A program made the position numbers and the translations under genes. A stretch of DNA of 64,000 bases. It comes from Eledone cirrhosa. Lineage: Eukaryota. The notes beneath the pieces are model-generated. The model ran no database searches. It was not told the origin of the DNA and was given only the letters and a program-made list of their open reading frames with translations. The stretch lies in assembly GCA_964016885.1 (NCBI GenBank), contig OZ024743.1, forward strand, positions 163,184,001-163,248,000, in the 5' to 3' direction. Below, piece after piece: positions 25,288 to 38,465 of the stretch. How positions within the stretch are numbered: position 1 is the first letter of the stretch; each line of letters begins with the position of its first letter.

Positions 25288-27990
25288 CCGTCAGTACTGA
25301 TACAAAATCAAAATCATGTCAACTGTTGACTTTTCCAGCAATGCGCTGGGACAATCGCTGCCCCGTGCCAAGAACAAAATAGTTATTTACTATTATTACA
25401 ATTATTATAGTTGTTTTTAAGGCCTGATCGCTGGTGATGGTGGATGGTGGTGGATGGTACCAGTGATGGTGGCAGTTGTTGCTGCTGCCGTTGTTGTTGT
25501 TCATTTCACTGATGCTGCTGCTGCAGACAATGGTGTTGTTGCTGTTGTTGTAGTCGCTGGGTTGAAATTTTGAAATTTGTTCGCTTCACGTGTGTGATAT
25601 ATACACATATATATATATACAGGCGCATTCAACACAGACAATGGTGTTGTTGCTGTTGTTGTAGTTACTGTTGTTGTTGTGTTGAAATCTGGTCGCATCC
25701 ACTGAGATATATATATGGTGGCTGCCAACTCGTTTTCGAGTACAGCCACTACTTTATATCCATGTAGGAGAACCCCTACTGATGCGCTGAACGAGTGCGA
25801 CTTATTAGTCCAGCCAGCCACTTGAAAACTCTGGTACAGACACTACACTTGTGACAATTATTGACACAAAGGAGCTCTTAAGAGTCAATGGCCATCCAAA
25901 ATCACTGGGAGAGATGACCCCTTAGCCTTTGTCAAGGCAGAATTCTAGGAGAAGGAAAACTCTGATATAACACCTGCAACTCTGATATATATATACATAC
26001 ATATATACACACACTTACATATATATATATATATACACACACATACATATATATATATATATACACACACATTCAACAGTTCAGCCACCTTAGTGTAGAT
26101 AGGGTAATGACTTATGTGGTGGTGGTGGTGGTGGGGAGCGAGTGTAGACGTTATTATGGTGGCGGGGGGCAGTGAGATATAACAAATTCATAGTTCACTT
26201 GTCCCTTTTCCTCTCTTTTCAAAATTTGAATTTATGGCCATTTTGTAAGCGTAAAATGTAAAATTTTTAAATAGATTGCTCTGGAAAAATATATGGAATA
26301 TTTCTGTAGCTTCCACAGCTTTTGTCAGAACATTTCCCGGTGTCCAATGAGCAAGAATTTTGTTTTATTTTGGTCTTTTAGAATCGAAAATTAGTAAAAC
26401 CTTACCCCCACGAAAAACAGTGTGTTGTCCTATCTATGAGCTCCCTCATATATATGTATATATATAAATGACGAAGGACCGTGACAAGTGGAGAGACGCT
26501 GTGCTGAATAGGACTCGTCGAACCCTTGCAAGCTGGGAAAAGCAGACATAAAATGATGGTGTATATATATATATATATGTGTATATCATCATGATATGTA
26601 TGTATATATATGTATATGTATGTATATCTATACATATATATAAAACTCTAGTTGTCTGTGTGTGTGTCCTCATTTTTGCAAAGTCTATACAAATCCACAT
26701 TTCTACTCCTATTGACTTCAAACTTGCATTTATATATTCCTCACGGTCTAAAGATATTAACTGCAGCTTTTATTTTTCAATTTTCTGTTGTTAAAGGGGT
26801 GTTAGGTACCGGTTATCTATCTCCGTCGCACCCTTATAATATCTGTCTGCATTCCGACATTATGACAAACATTGATGACATATTATCAGTTTCAGTCATT
26901 GAACTGTAGCCATGCTGGGACACTGCCTTCTAGGGTGTAATTGATTACATCAGTCCCTCTCCCCCAGCACTATATTTCATCAATCTCAGAAAGATGAAAG
27001 CCAAAGTACTTGGGTGGAATTTGAGTGCAATATGTAAAAGGTACACACCAAATACCACAATGTATTTTGTCTGATGCTTTACCGATTCTGCCATCTGTGC
27101 CCCATTTTAATAATTTCTATAACAAGCTTTCATACAATTTGACAGTATTTTCCTAAAAACTTGCCTACATACAACTTGTTTCTTTATAGCACAATCTGAA
27201 GAATTACATTTTAGATTAACCCATGCTAGCATGGACGATGGACGTTAAACAAAGATGATGATGATTCATACCTAAAGTGTCTTTTTTTGTCACTGGAAAT
27301 TTCGTAGCTAAGACGAGAGTCAGTATAAATATGATGCAATATTTTAGTTGAGAAATTGCAGAGCAGTTTGTGGACCAATGCTTCACAAACTAAACTAAAA
27401 CATACCTGTATGTGTTTGACACAAGATAATGGGAAATAAACAAACATACCAGTACATTTTTGGTACTTGGTTAAATATATATATATATACAATATATGTG
27501 TGAAGTGTTTGATATATATTTAATTCCCCTGGTGAGACTTGAGAACATTAAGTTGAAATGGAAGGGCTCTCTGTTGCAACTATACCTTTTACATATTACA
27601 CAATTTTAAGATTGTTTTTGCTGGTCTTTTAATTATACAGAATCTCTGAATACTGTGTTATTTATGACATGGAAAATTTGGATTTAAACTGACTATAACT
27701 TTTTGTGCAAACGTTTTGCATGCATTTTCCCTTGTCAACATGTGGAAGGTACAATGCCAAACCTCTTTAATGGATGAACTGGCAGTGAATTGGCAGTATT
27801 GGTAGAAAGGTCGGACATGCTTTCCAGCGTAGTTACGTCCCTTTATGATCTGAGTTCAAATCCCGCTGAGGTTAACTTTGCCTTTCATCCTTATGGGGTC
27901 GATAAAATAAAGTACCAGTAATGTACTGTGCCAAAAGTAGAAACAATTATTACGATAGTATTTATAACATAATTTAAAAAGTTCCTTTAA

Positions 27991-28192
27991 CCCTTTAGCA
28001 TTTAAACTGGCCATATCCAGCCAGAATTCCTCTTTCTGTTCAAACTGGCTGTAACCAGCTGCTCATATTGATGTTAAGGTATTGTTCTCAAAATGAATAA
28101 TATCAAAATCTCATAGATTCGGTATTATGTAAGGTAAAAGCTTTACCACAAAAATATATGTGTATATAATGAGTACTGTAAATGTTAAAGGG
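27991..28192. mobile_element. piggyBac-type MITE
   Basis: TTAA|CCCTTTAGCATTTA ... TAAATGTTAAAGGG|TTAA. Confidence 0.78.
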
Positions 28193-28710
28193 TTAAAGCT
28201 TTAATTTCCAATGAGACGCATTCTTCCAACAGGCATGCAATCTGAAAACAAACTTAGGTTTTATTTTACTATTTTTACAGCAAAGTAACTTTGATACACA
28301 TAACTGTGCATATGCCAGTTTGTTTACACTTTGCAGTTGATCATCAGTTGTCATATGGAGGAGTTGGATAACAATTTGAGATGTTGAAGTGGGACATGGT
28401 GCACAAAAAGTTGGGAACCACTGCTTTAAAGGAACCCTTTAACATGGGTGGTTTTGGCACATTAACCACTATGCCCAGTCCTTTCTCCCTCTGTGGTACT
28501 GTGCAAGGGGCTACAATAGCCTTGGGTTGACCAATGTCTTGTGAAATTTGGTAGGTGGAAATTGCAGAAGACCATTGTGTGTATTTTGTGTTTGTCCTGT
28601 AACTTAACAGTCTGACTCAACTAAATCAAGGAGGTGCCCCAGCATGGTCATTGACTGACTGATACAAGTAAAAATAAAAGAAAATAATATTTTTTTCAAA
28701 ATAGCAGATG

Positions 28711-28899
28711 TTAACTGCTAGATTTTAATCGAATGCATACATCGCTTCCTTTCTCCTTTGAATTTTCCAGTTTTGCTATTCGGGAACCAAACTGAATAGC
28801 CCTTTTAGGCTGCACAGCAGTCTTGTTAAAGCCAAGTTTAAAGGAACATAGCCGTAGTAATAACTTTTCACCAATACCACGCGGCAGGGTTAGGTCCAC
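28711..28899 (-). CDS. ASNSD1: ASNSD1 last coding exon
   Basis: [17 protein letters not shown]...[15 protein letters not shown]...KSSS-stop, matching the ASNSD1 C-terminus; acceptor ctctccAG. Confidence 0.94.
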   Translation of the reverse strand: MDLTLPRGIGEKLLLRLCSFKLGFNKTAVQPKRAIQFGSRIAKLENSKEKGSDVCIRLKSSS

Positions 28900-29344
28900 C
28901 TGGAGAGAAAGAGGAATGGAATAAAGAAATGGATATTTTGTTTTTAGATTGAATTGTTATAATTAAGGGGCGTGAAAAAAAATCTATAGAATATTTTACA
29001 AAATTACTTGTCCTATTTCTGTGTAATAAGTACACCAAGAAGCAACTATAAGGGTTAGCATCAGAAAGTTCATCTGGCCATAAAACATATATGTGTGTAT
29101 ATATAAAATGGTTAAAATTAGGAAAAGCGACCGGCCAGAGAAATCTTGCCAAACAAAGGGCTGAGAGGACAGTTATGTGAAGAGCATAACCTCCCAAGAG
29201 GTTGTCATTCAGTATTGGAACATATATAAGTCAGCTCCTTGCTTGCAGAGAAAATGCACATTAAATATGTAAGTGTTTATATATATACACACAAGCATGG
29301 AAAATGGATGTTAAACGATTATGATGATATATATATACATATAT

Positions 29345-29680
29345 GGAGGCACATGGCTTAGTGGTTAGAGCATAGGCCTTGCAATCGAAAGGTTGTGAGT
29401 TCAATTCTCAGACCGGGTGATGTGTTGTTTCCTTGAGCAAGACACTTTATTTCACATTGCTCCAGTTTACTCAGCTGTAGAAATGAGATGATAGGGACTG
29501 GGGTCCCTATCATTCCACTGCAAAGTGGTCGTGGAGGTGCCACATCAAAAAAGCAGCCAGCACTCACTGTAAATGAGGTTGGTGTTAGGAAGGGCATCCA
29601 GCTGTAGAAATCAAGCCAGAATCAGTTCCCGTCCCACCCTTGCAAGCAGGGAAAAGCGGACGTATGATGATGATGATGAT
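29345..29680 (+). mobile_element. tRNA-derived SINE, family 2, with RTE-derived 3' tail
   Basis: A-box TGGCTTAGTGG, B-box GAGTTCAATTC, CORE-like TTGAGCAAGACACT, then RTE 3'UTR units and a (TGA)n tail; second copy on the minus strand at 63755-64000. Confidence 0.8.
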
Positions 29681-30134
29681 ATATATATATGGTATGGTAT
29701 GGTCCTGTAACGCCTGATAGTCGTAGGGGTGCCGTATTGATACATGCCGTCTATGGGCATTTTAAGCCTAGCGGAGCCTATCCCTCTCTAGGTTAGTGAA
29801 AACTAACAGGTGCATGTGTTATTATTGGCAGCATGACCTTCCCAAAGTATAACAACATATATATATATATTTATACATATATATAGGTTGGACGCGTTTC
29901 CTTTGCTCTGTGATAATCTTAAAAACATCTGAAAATTATCTGATTATCCTTCTCAATTTTAACTTGCCAGTTCTCAGATTTTTTGTAAAAGATAAGTGAT
30001 TATTTTTTCTGCGTGGTTATTTCTATTATCAATTTAAAACAAATTATTTCGGCTTCTATGATATATATATATATATCTTTTTTTTATGAGACACATGGTG
30101 TCTCTCTTAGAAATCTAGTTAAGTATATATATTA

Positions 30135-30735
30135 TAAATGAATTGAGAGAGAGACTGAGCATAAGAGGAATCAAATGCTGTGTGCAGGAGAGGCGGTTGC
30201 GCTGGTACGGACATGTGATGCGTATGAAGGATGACAGCTGCATAAAAAGGTGCAGAGCACTAGAAGTTGATGGAAACCGCGGAGTGGGGAGACCCAAGAT
30301 GACCTGGGATGAGGTGATAAAAGCCGACCTTACCCAATTACACCTCTCAAAGACAATGACACACGACCGTGACTTCTGGCGTCACGCAGTAATACAGAGT
30401 ACCCGACCTCCCATGGGTACAAGCTGAAGCATATAGACAATATGCCCCCACACCCCCCCACCGCAAGGTGGTCGTGGAGGTGCCACGGCAAAAAAGCACC
30501 CAGCCCACACTGTAAAGTGGACGTGTAGGTGCCACGAAAAAGCACCCAGCACTCACTGTAAATGAGGTTGGTGTTAGGAAGGGCATCCAGCTGTAGAAAT
30601 CAAGCCAAATCAGTTCCTGTATGAGCAAGGCATGGTCAGCCGACCAGACACTGCCCACAACAGGACAACCCGTCTAACCCATGCTAGCGTGGAAGAACGG
30701 ACGTAAAACGGTGATGATGATGATGATGATGATGA
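30135..30735 (+). mobile_element. RTE LINE 3' fragment
   Basis: RRLRWYGHVMRM..GRPKMTW plus 3'UTR and (TGA)n tail. Confidence 0.88.
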
Positions 30736-31279
30736 TTATATGATATATATATTATTTTATTTAATTAGTATATTGTGTTATCCCACTCTTAGCAATAAGC
30801 GCTCTGTAAACATAAACTGACACACGTTTATCTAGTATTTAATATCTAATATTTATCTATTTATATCTAATTTTCTCATGAAAACGCTTTTTTTGTAAAA
30901 GACCTTCGAAGTGTCTCGAATAATATTTAAAGAAATATACTAATAATTATATTAACGAATGCTTGTTTGAAGTCGCTCAGCATCTCTGTTTCTGGCTTTC
31001 CTTCACTGCTTCCTGGATGTTTTCCTGCTGTCTCTCTCTCCGTCTCCCCCTAGATACCCTCTGTCATCTCTAACCAATTTTGCCCTCCTGATATCTATTC
31101 AAGCTCTCTCTTTCTCCCAATCTGCCTGGCTTTTTCACGTTCTCTCTGTCTCCCTCTCATCTATCCACTCTTTCTCTCACCTCTCTCACCCTTCTCTCTC
31201 TCCCCCACCCTTATGATTCTCTTTCTCTCTCACTCTCTTCTCCAAATTCCTAATCTGTCATATGATAAGAGGTACTAAC

Positions 31280-31483
31280 ATGGACTCCAGCGAAATGGAT
31301 CACATGCAAGGAGGAAATGCAAATAGAAGCAAATGAAATTGGACAAAAAGACAACTGGGGGTAATAATCAAAGGATGGAGCCTGGATGATGGGTCAACGC
31401 CAACCAAAATAATTGCGGAAACCTTGAAGAACCATGGCTTTCTGAGGACTTTGGCGCAAATAGAGAGGAAAAGGAAAGAATAG
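31280..31483 (+). pseudogene. Myb/SANT-like mini-ORF, copy 2 (one internal TGA)
   Basis: MDSSEMDHMQGGNANRSK*NWTKRQLGVIIKGWSLDDGSTPTKIIAETLKNHGFLRTLAQIERKRKE*; the TGA aligns to CGA in copy 1. Confidence 0.6.
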
Positions 31484-31622
31484 CCTCACACATGGCTTTG
31501 CTGAGCTAATATGCAGATCTGACTGATCAGCCAGTCTGCTAATATGCAAATCAGGCCGATCAGTCACTGTGTATTTTTGAAAATAGCATATATTTTCACT
31601 AGCTCTGACAGTTTAGCAGGTG

Positions 31623-31680
31623 AACAGTGAGCTGTACTGATGAAGGGTGATACCCAGAAACATTAGTCTGCAGTTCTGTT
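31623..31680 (+). ncRNA. Type I hammerhead ribozyme-like motif (GUC site after 31668)
   Basis: 8-bp helix I GAGCTGTA/TGCAGTTC; CTGATGA; helix II GGGT/ACCC; GAAAC ATTA GTC. Confidence 0.78.
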
Positions 31681-31838
31681 CGCATGCCAACACAAGAGCA
31701 AGAATGAAGGGTTCATTCTACTGAAATGGCTATAAAATTGAGGCTTGTTTGCATAATTGCAAACGAATCGAATATTATTATTAATATTCGAAAAACTCAG
31801 ATTACATTTATATCTATATATAATTGTCTATATCTATA

Positions 31839-32381
31839 TCTACATATAATATAAAAAATTGGAACTTCCATCATCCTTTTGAGAAATCTGGACCAGCCTC
31901 GTCTATGGTACATGCTTAACAGTCATGCGGATGATGAACCATCTCGGTCACTATTCTTGGAGGCAATCATCAAGGAGAAAATGCATTTGTTCCCAAGATT
32001 CCTCTCATCCCTTTCTCTATCAAGCTGCCATTCAAATTCTCAAGACTTCAGTTCCCTGTTAGAGCCAGTTTTGCTATGACTGTATATAAAGCTCAGGGTC
32101 AGAGTCTCAAAGTTGTAGGATTGAATCTAAGAGAATCGCTTTTTACCCATGGACAGTTATATGTAGATTGTTCACGAGTGGAAACATTTAGAAATCTTCA
32201 TATACTATAAACAAACGGTAAAATCAAGAATCTGGTGTATCTGGAAGACTTTTCTGTTTGTTTGTTTTTTGTCTCTCACCTTATACAGTAAACCAGACAA
32301 TGCATCTAATACAGTTGTTTCTCTTCTACCGGTCTTCTCTTACCATCTGTTTACCTGGGTGAAGCTGTGTACATCAGCTAG
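31839..32381 (+). mobile_element. Internally deleted Helitron with PIF1-helicase C-terminal remnant
   Basis: Encodes PFKFSRLQFPVRASFAMTVYKAQGQSLKVVGLNLRESLFTHGQLYVDCSRV; probable 5' TC; 3' decayed hairpin + CTAG|T. Confidence 0.82.
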
Positions 32382-32787
32382 TATATATATGTACAATGAT
32401 GGAAAATATTTAAAAAGAATAAAAACAAAATTAAGTGATGATAAAAGGGAGAAGAGGTAAAGAAGAGCAGATCTGGTTGAAAATGAGGGGACTATAAATG
32501 CCATAAATGTGAAGAAAAGGAGGAAGAGAGGGTGACACTCTACACCTAGGACAGTGTAGTGTTTCGGCTATATATATGACAGGTTTAACTTTATCAAATT
32601 CCATTCATATGATATTAATCAACTGGTGGCTTTGGTGACAGCCAAAAGTACCATGCGGTGGGATTGACTCAAGATCCATATGATGACAATCAGAACAGAC
32701 TGTATTTCGGTACTTCATTTTGTCTCTCTGTATTCTGGTTACTAAAATACAAAATATTGTTAACCCATTCATTATTATATTTCTAAT

Positions 32788-32898
32788 TATATTTCAACCC
32801 GCCGAGGTTGACTTTGCCTTTCATCCTTACGGGGTCGATAAAATAAAGTACCAGTAATGCACTGGGTAATTGCTGGCCTTGTGCCTAAAGTAGAAACA
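32788..32898 (+). mobile_element. SINE family 1, 5'-truncated, 17-bp TSD
   Basis: TSD ATTATTATATTTCTAAT at 32771-32787 and 32899-32915. Confidence 0.75.
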
Positions 32899-33930
32899 AT
32901 TATTATATTTCTAATGATTTACAAATAATTTTGAGTGATTTATTAATATAACTAACTTTCCCATTATTAAGATGATGTTTGGAACACAACAAAATTATGC
33001 TGGAAGATTTCTAGAGAAATATAAACATTTTAAAACAAACAGTTTTGTATTATAGAACCAGAGCCAGTTTTAGATGGTTTGATATCCAAAGGGTTAAGTT
33101 GTTATTTTAAAAGTAAAGTTAAAAAAATATTTAACATGTGTGATCAAATTTGATTTTTTAAAGTTAATTTCTGCTGATTAAAATGAGTGTATTTAATCTG
33201 GTGTTTAATTCACACCTTTCGGTAGAAGAAATATATTTATCAGTTCAACTGAATGTGCTATATTAATTGTGTTTTGTTTTGTTAATTCCCAGAAGAATGA
33301 AACTCAACTTTGTCAAATATCTAATGCAGAATTTATGTCATCAAACTCAATGCTATAAAGCCAACCTGTACAGCTCAGAAATCAGTAAGAACCAAACTTA
33401 TTTAAAAAGAAAAATGTTTCAAATAAAATGTTTTAAATATTTTTGTTTGATCATTTGTTTGATCATTTGATGTGCAGATATATAAATTTTTGAAATATTA
33501 CTATGTTCATATTATCAACATTGTAAAATAGATATCAATATATTTGAGCAACAGGTAGTAAAAATTTGGATTTTGCCTTTATATCATCATCATCATCATA
33601 CTATATAAATAGATAGATAGGTAGGTAGATAGACAGGTGTGTATAATATAGATATATCATCATTGATTTACACCCGTTTTCTATGGTGGCATGGGCTGGA
33701 TGGGTCAGAGAGAGATATCATCTTCTCATATGTCTTTACTCTATTTGGAGAGGATGCTTTGACAATGGAGGGGGGGGGGGTTACAAAGAAAGGGTTAGGA
33801 TTAGTTACATGGAATGGTTCCAGTAGACAATCAAAATCAGATGGCTTAACTTACAACCAATGCAGCTTCCATCACTTTGACAAAAGTCTAGAAGAGAGCT
33901 GAAAACAAAACACTTTCTCAACATACTTAC

Positions 33931-34021
33931 CTTTTTATAAGCTGGTATTTGAGCAACAAAGTTCATAAAGTTTTCATCAAGATAAGGAAAACGCGCTTCT
34001 CTTCCATGGTCAGATATGACA
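33931..34021 (-). CDS. ASNSD1: ASNSD1 coding exon
   Basis: VISDHGREARFPYLDENFMNFVAQIPAYKK (DHGxEARFPxLDE motif); tttccAG / GTaagt; 91 nt, phase 2/0. Confidence 0.93.
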
Positions 34022-35162
34022 CTGGAAAGTTAAAAACAAGAATGACCTGTATAATCAACTATATATATATTATCATTTTACGTCTGTTATCCATGCTGGT
34101 ATGGGTTGGACAGACCATCACAGTCTGAGAGACTAGATGGGCTAGGGGATTACATATAGCTAAACATGTTCTATATTTAGGCAAGGTTTCTATGGCTGAT
34201 CGCTCTTTTCAATGCCACCTAATTTGCAAAGTGTACTATGAAAAAGGTTTCTATGGTTGGTTGCTCTTCCTAATCCCACCCACTTCACAGAGTGTACTGA
34301 GAACATCGTTTTTATGGATGGTGATAGGAAGGGCATCCAACCAGTATATTAAAGTCAAAATTATAAGCACAACATACAAATCATGATGGTTCCTCTTCCT
34401 AATACCACCTACCTTACATAGGGTACTGAGAGTATTTCATCACTGCACCAGTACTACCAAATAGGCATAGTACCATCATATTCTTTTTTACTATCATATT
34501 TAGCTTTAAGTTTAGGTTTATCATAAAAATCTTAACCATTATATTCTATATGCCTTGCAGTAGTTGATAGCTTGTTACCTAGGTGACCCCATCAATAGTG
34601 GAGGTGCATGTTATGAGAACATAATAGCCATAGTAAGAACGAGATGGGAAAAACTCTGGAATTTCCTTTGCTGACAACAAAGGGATTTTCTCTCTGAGTG
34701 AAGAGTAGATAGTATAATGCTTGTGTAATATTTGCATAGTAGCAAAATATGGGCATTACATGTAGAGAATGTGGTGAGGTAGGAAAGAAATGAAACAAGC
34801 AGCTCCTGAATTAATTAAGAAGTTGAGTATTCCATAGGCATGTGTACCCTTAATGTAATTCTCAGACAGAATCAGCATGACAATATATTTCCAGGCTGGA
34901 CCTTTGAATTACTGGTACAATACATCAGACCAGACCAGCTTCTATACAGCTTCTATCTACCCAATTTCACTCACAAAGCTTAGGTCAACCCAAGACTATG
35001 GTAAAGACACTTGCACAAAATGTCACACAGTGATATTGAACCCAGATCTCATGATTGCAAAGTGAACTCACACTGAATAATGTAGTCTTGGATACACTAT
35101 GTCTGAAAAAGCTTTAATCATACAACTACCACTTCTAAAGTATGAAAGATTGAATAACTTAC

Positions 35163-35246
35163 CGATCATCACGGCCAAGGTTGCGTGCAGAGATCCGGTT
35201 GATTTCTGTTTGCATTTCTTGTATGAGCCCCTGCCAGCCACCTTTC
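35163..35246 (-). CDS. ASNSD1: ASNSD1 coding exon
   Basis: KGGWQGLIQEMQTEINRISARNLGRDD(R) (RNLGRDDR motif); atccAG / GTaagt; 84 nt, phase 2/2. Confidence 0.93.
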
Positions 35247-36189
35247 CTGGATGATGAGCAAATAAATTAGAATAAAAAAGAAATGCAGATCAAAGTGGTA
35301 GGTAATGTACCTCAAATACCCTGTAAAGTGGTTAATGTTAGGAAGGGCATCGAGCTATTGAAATTATGCCAAAAATGGGGTGAGAAAACTTTTCAGTCAT
35401 GTCAAGGACATGACAACTTTTCTAGTGCTGGCACCACAATAAAATGCACTCATTATACTCTGTATAGTGGTTGACACATTAGGGAAGAGCACCCAGTTAT
35501 GCTAAAACTGAAATGTAGCTCCAATTCAATAGTTACTTGGTCTGTGATACCCTGTCCAATCCATGGGAAAAGTGATGATAGGTCTGTCTTCACTTCGAAA
35601 ATAATTAATTGGAAAGATGAATGAAGAATAGTTGTTCTCTGTGGGATTCAAACTCAAAACTGGGAAAATTGGAAATAAACACTAACCACATTGTGTCCAG
35701 CTCTCTACTATTTTGATTATCTATATTAACCTGCAGATAATACTAAATGATTTCTGACATAGACACGAAGCCAAAATTTGTCAATTCCAGTAGTTATCAA
35801 CCTTAAAAGGGTGAAAGACAAAGTTGACCTTGGGATTTGAACTCAGAATGTAAAATGTATTGCATTTGTTCATTGTTCCACCAATTCTGCCACTCTAACC
35901 ACCTTTAATAATGATTTCCTGGCACAAAGTAAACAAATGAATCAACACCTCCAGTATATGGTTGGTACTTATTTTATTTGCTGAACATCCTGTTTAGGGG
36001 AGAATTAGTTCTCATCTGCTTTCTACCATTGTAATAAGGACTAAGCACAAATATTGTAAAATCATCTTCAGGTTGTCATTTACATTAAAAATTCCTTAAA
36101 TGAAAGTTTATAAACTCCATTAAATGAATTAATACTAATTTATTACAAGTTTGTTCTTACAGCTCACACCTATGCAGGTTTAGCTGGCT

Positions 36190-37200
36190 TCTTTTTTTCT
36201 TTCGTATGAGACAGCAAATACGTGACATCCACCAGGTGTTGCAACCAGCTCACCATAGTAGGATTATGGTGCATGAGGTCCATACTCTTAGGTGGAAATC
36301 CGGACACTCATTCAATGTGTTTTGCAGTCTGCACTGGCGAGCCACACTGGTTGCTGCTAATGGCTGTAACCCCAGTGAATTGGCCTACACCTGTGCATAG
36401 TTGATTTAGTGGGAAACATGTATCTGAAACATGTTAAAATTTGAGTTTTGCAGCTTTGCTGTGTGTCGAGAGAAAGGGTGGCATGACATCAAGTGGTGTT
36501 GGTCTAGTAGCTGAGAATGCTCAGCTATGTCATAGAGCAAATGACTTGGATCAATTGATGCCTTGGTTATCAATCAGTGCAGAAGCAATGTCTGAGAGCA
36601 CAGGTAGATATTCAGTTAGTGTAGGGTGGAGACATTCAGTGATGAGCCTTAAAGTGTCATTCAGGGCTGTACCTAGTTTCTCAGTATGGGAGCTCCTGTA
36701 CTATAGACCAAGGATGTGCCAGCACCCCATGATGAGCCTGCCAAGCGGCATAGAAGATTCTTCCTCTTGGACACCTTTGCACATAAGTACTCGAGGTACT
36801 GTCTGTAAGTCAGCTGTCAGTCCAATTTCACTCCAAGATAGTACTGAGCCTGGAAGGACTCCATTACGAAGGAGGCGCAGACTGCTGGTCTATCTGTTGC
36901 TGATCTTCAGAACACAGCTTTGGTTGGCTAGGATGTTGCAAATAATCCGCACCATGTGACAGTCGGGAATTGTTCTTAATAACTTCAGCATTAGGCTCTG
37001 CTGCTACATAGTGTCATAGGAAGTGTTTATGTTGACCAATATAGTACAAACCTTATGGCCCTTTTTGAAGCTGTCTTCAATGTCATTGGTCAACTTGACA
37101 ATCTGATGTATTGTGTTCCAGTTATGGCAAAAATCGCTTGCTCATCTGGCAGTTGTGGGTCAACTATTGGTTCTATTCTGGTTAGAAGTCACTGCAGGAG
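36190..37200 (-). mobile_element. Decayed I-group (Ingi/Vingi-like) LINE fragment
   Basis: QIVKLTNDIEDSF..VNINTSYDT..LKLL..NGVLPGSVLS RT remnant; 3' end CATACGAAG-A-rich. Confidence 0.55.
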
Positions 37201-37909
37201 TTTAAAGGGGTCACAAAGGAGGACTGGCTCGTCTTGTGAAAAGGGAGCCTGCCACAAGTTGGTGATTTCTTGTTTCACAAAGCGGGTCCAACTTTGTCAA
37301 CCTCCTGGTGGTGGGCCCTGGAAATTTATCACTGATTAGGCGAACGACAACAACCTGAGACAGCTGCAGCAAATTAACAGTAAGGCAACATTTCATAGAA
37401 GGTTTCTCAGCCATTTTAATGATAGGAGCCCCAGTTCTATTGTTATATAATGAGTACTTATAATCAAACCAACAAAGTAGCCTTCTACATGGTCACTGAA
37501 CCTGCTAAAGATATAGCAGTCAAATTTCCCTCATACCACACCCTACTGACTTAAAAACAAGGACAGGCACATTTGATAATATAGTCCAGGATCAATTATG
37601 CCTGGGAATGTCACAGACTGTCTGTTCAATCTCCCTTAAGTCAAATTAAGCATCTTAAAAAAATGGAAGGACTCAATGGGAAATGTGGTTCTAGATATAC
37701 AAAATAACTAGATGGTCACTGCTTGATAAGACAAACTTAAAAGCTAAACAGCAACTACTAGATGGAATAAGCAATTCAATATTGATTGTTTTAGTCTTGA
37801 ATGCAATTGAGCATTTTGTCTGCCAAGTTTGAACAGTAACAACTTGAGCAATGACTACTGCCTAAAATCCTATCAATTTAAAAAAAGAATAAGAATGTCT
37901 GGTACGAAC

Positions 37910-37977
37910 CTGAAAGAGGCTCTATGTCTTGAATAGCCAGCAAACAACTCATCTGCTCCCATACCACATAAAACTAC
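37910..37977 (-). CDS. ASNSD1: ASNSD1 coding exon
   Basis: VVLCGMGADELFAGYSRHRASF(R) (GADE..GY motif); tctacAG / GTtcgt; 68 nt, phase 0/2. Confidence 0.92.
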
Positions 37978-38006
37978 CTGTAGACAGATGAAAGGTCAAT
38001 GAAATA

Positions 38007-38347
38007 CAGTGAAATTCCGTTATAACAAAATTCACAGGGTATAAAAAAAAATTTGTTGTAACATAAAATTTTTTATAACGAGATCGAGTGAAACAAATCA
38101 AGCACTTGTTTGTTATTATCTCGTATTTAAAAATGAAACAATAAATGAATGAAAACATATCTGCAATATGACTGTATCATGCAATAAAATATAAATATAT
38201 ATTTCAAATATGTTTCCTTCATTTATTTTCTGTCGTATTATAAACTTGTGTATGATGAGATTCTTTTATCATTTTAATAAGTTTGTGGCTGGGGATTGTA
38301 AAAAATTTCATTATACTGAAAAATTTGTTATAATGGAATTTTATTTG
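38007..38347. mobile_element. Tc1/mariner (Tigger/pogo-like) MITE
   Basis: TA|CAGTGAAATTCCGTTATAAC ... GTTATAATGGAATTTTATTTG|TA. Confidence 0.7.
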
Positions 38348-38465
38348 TACAATACAATAATTGGTTTACGGTCAGCTCTCCTGATAAAATGGACTTGCAT
38401 TAGCTTTCTTTAGCTACTTACCTCTATATCCATCTATCTTCCAGCAATAAATACATCTATCCATA

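Noticed and set aside
29345-29420. tRNA gene (A and B boxes)
   Set aside because: Continues into a SINE body and tail and is multi-copy; it is a SINE head.
36441-36959. 172-aa plus-strand ORF
   Set aside because: Antisense to a decayed LINE; no recognisable domain.
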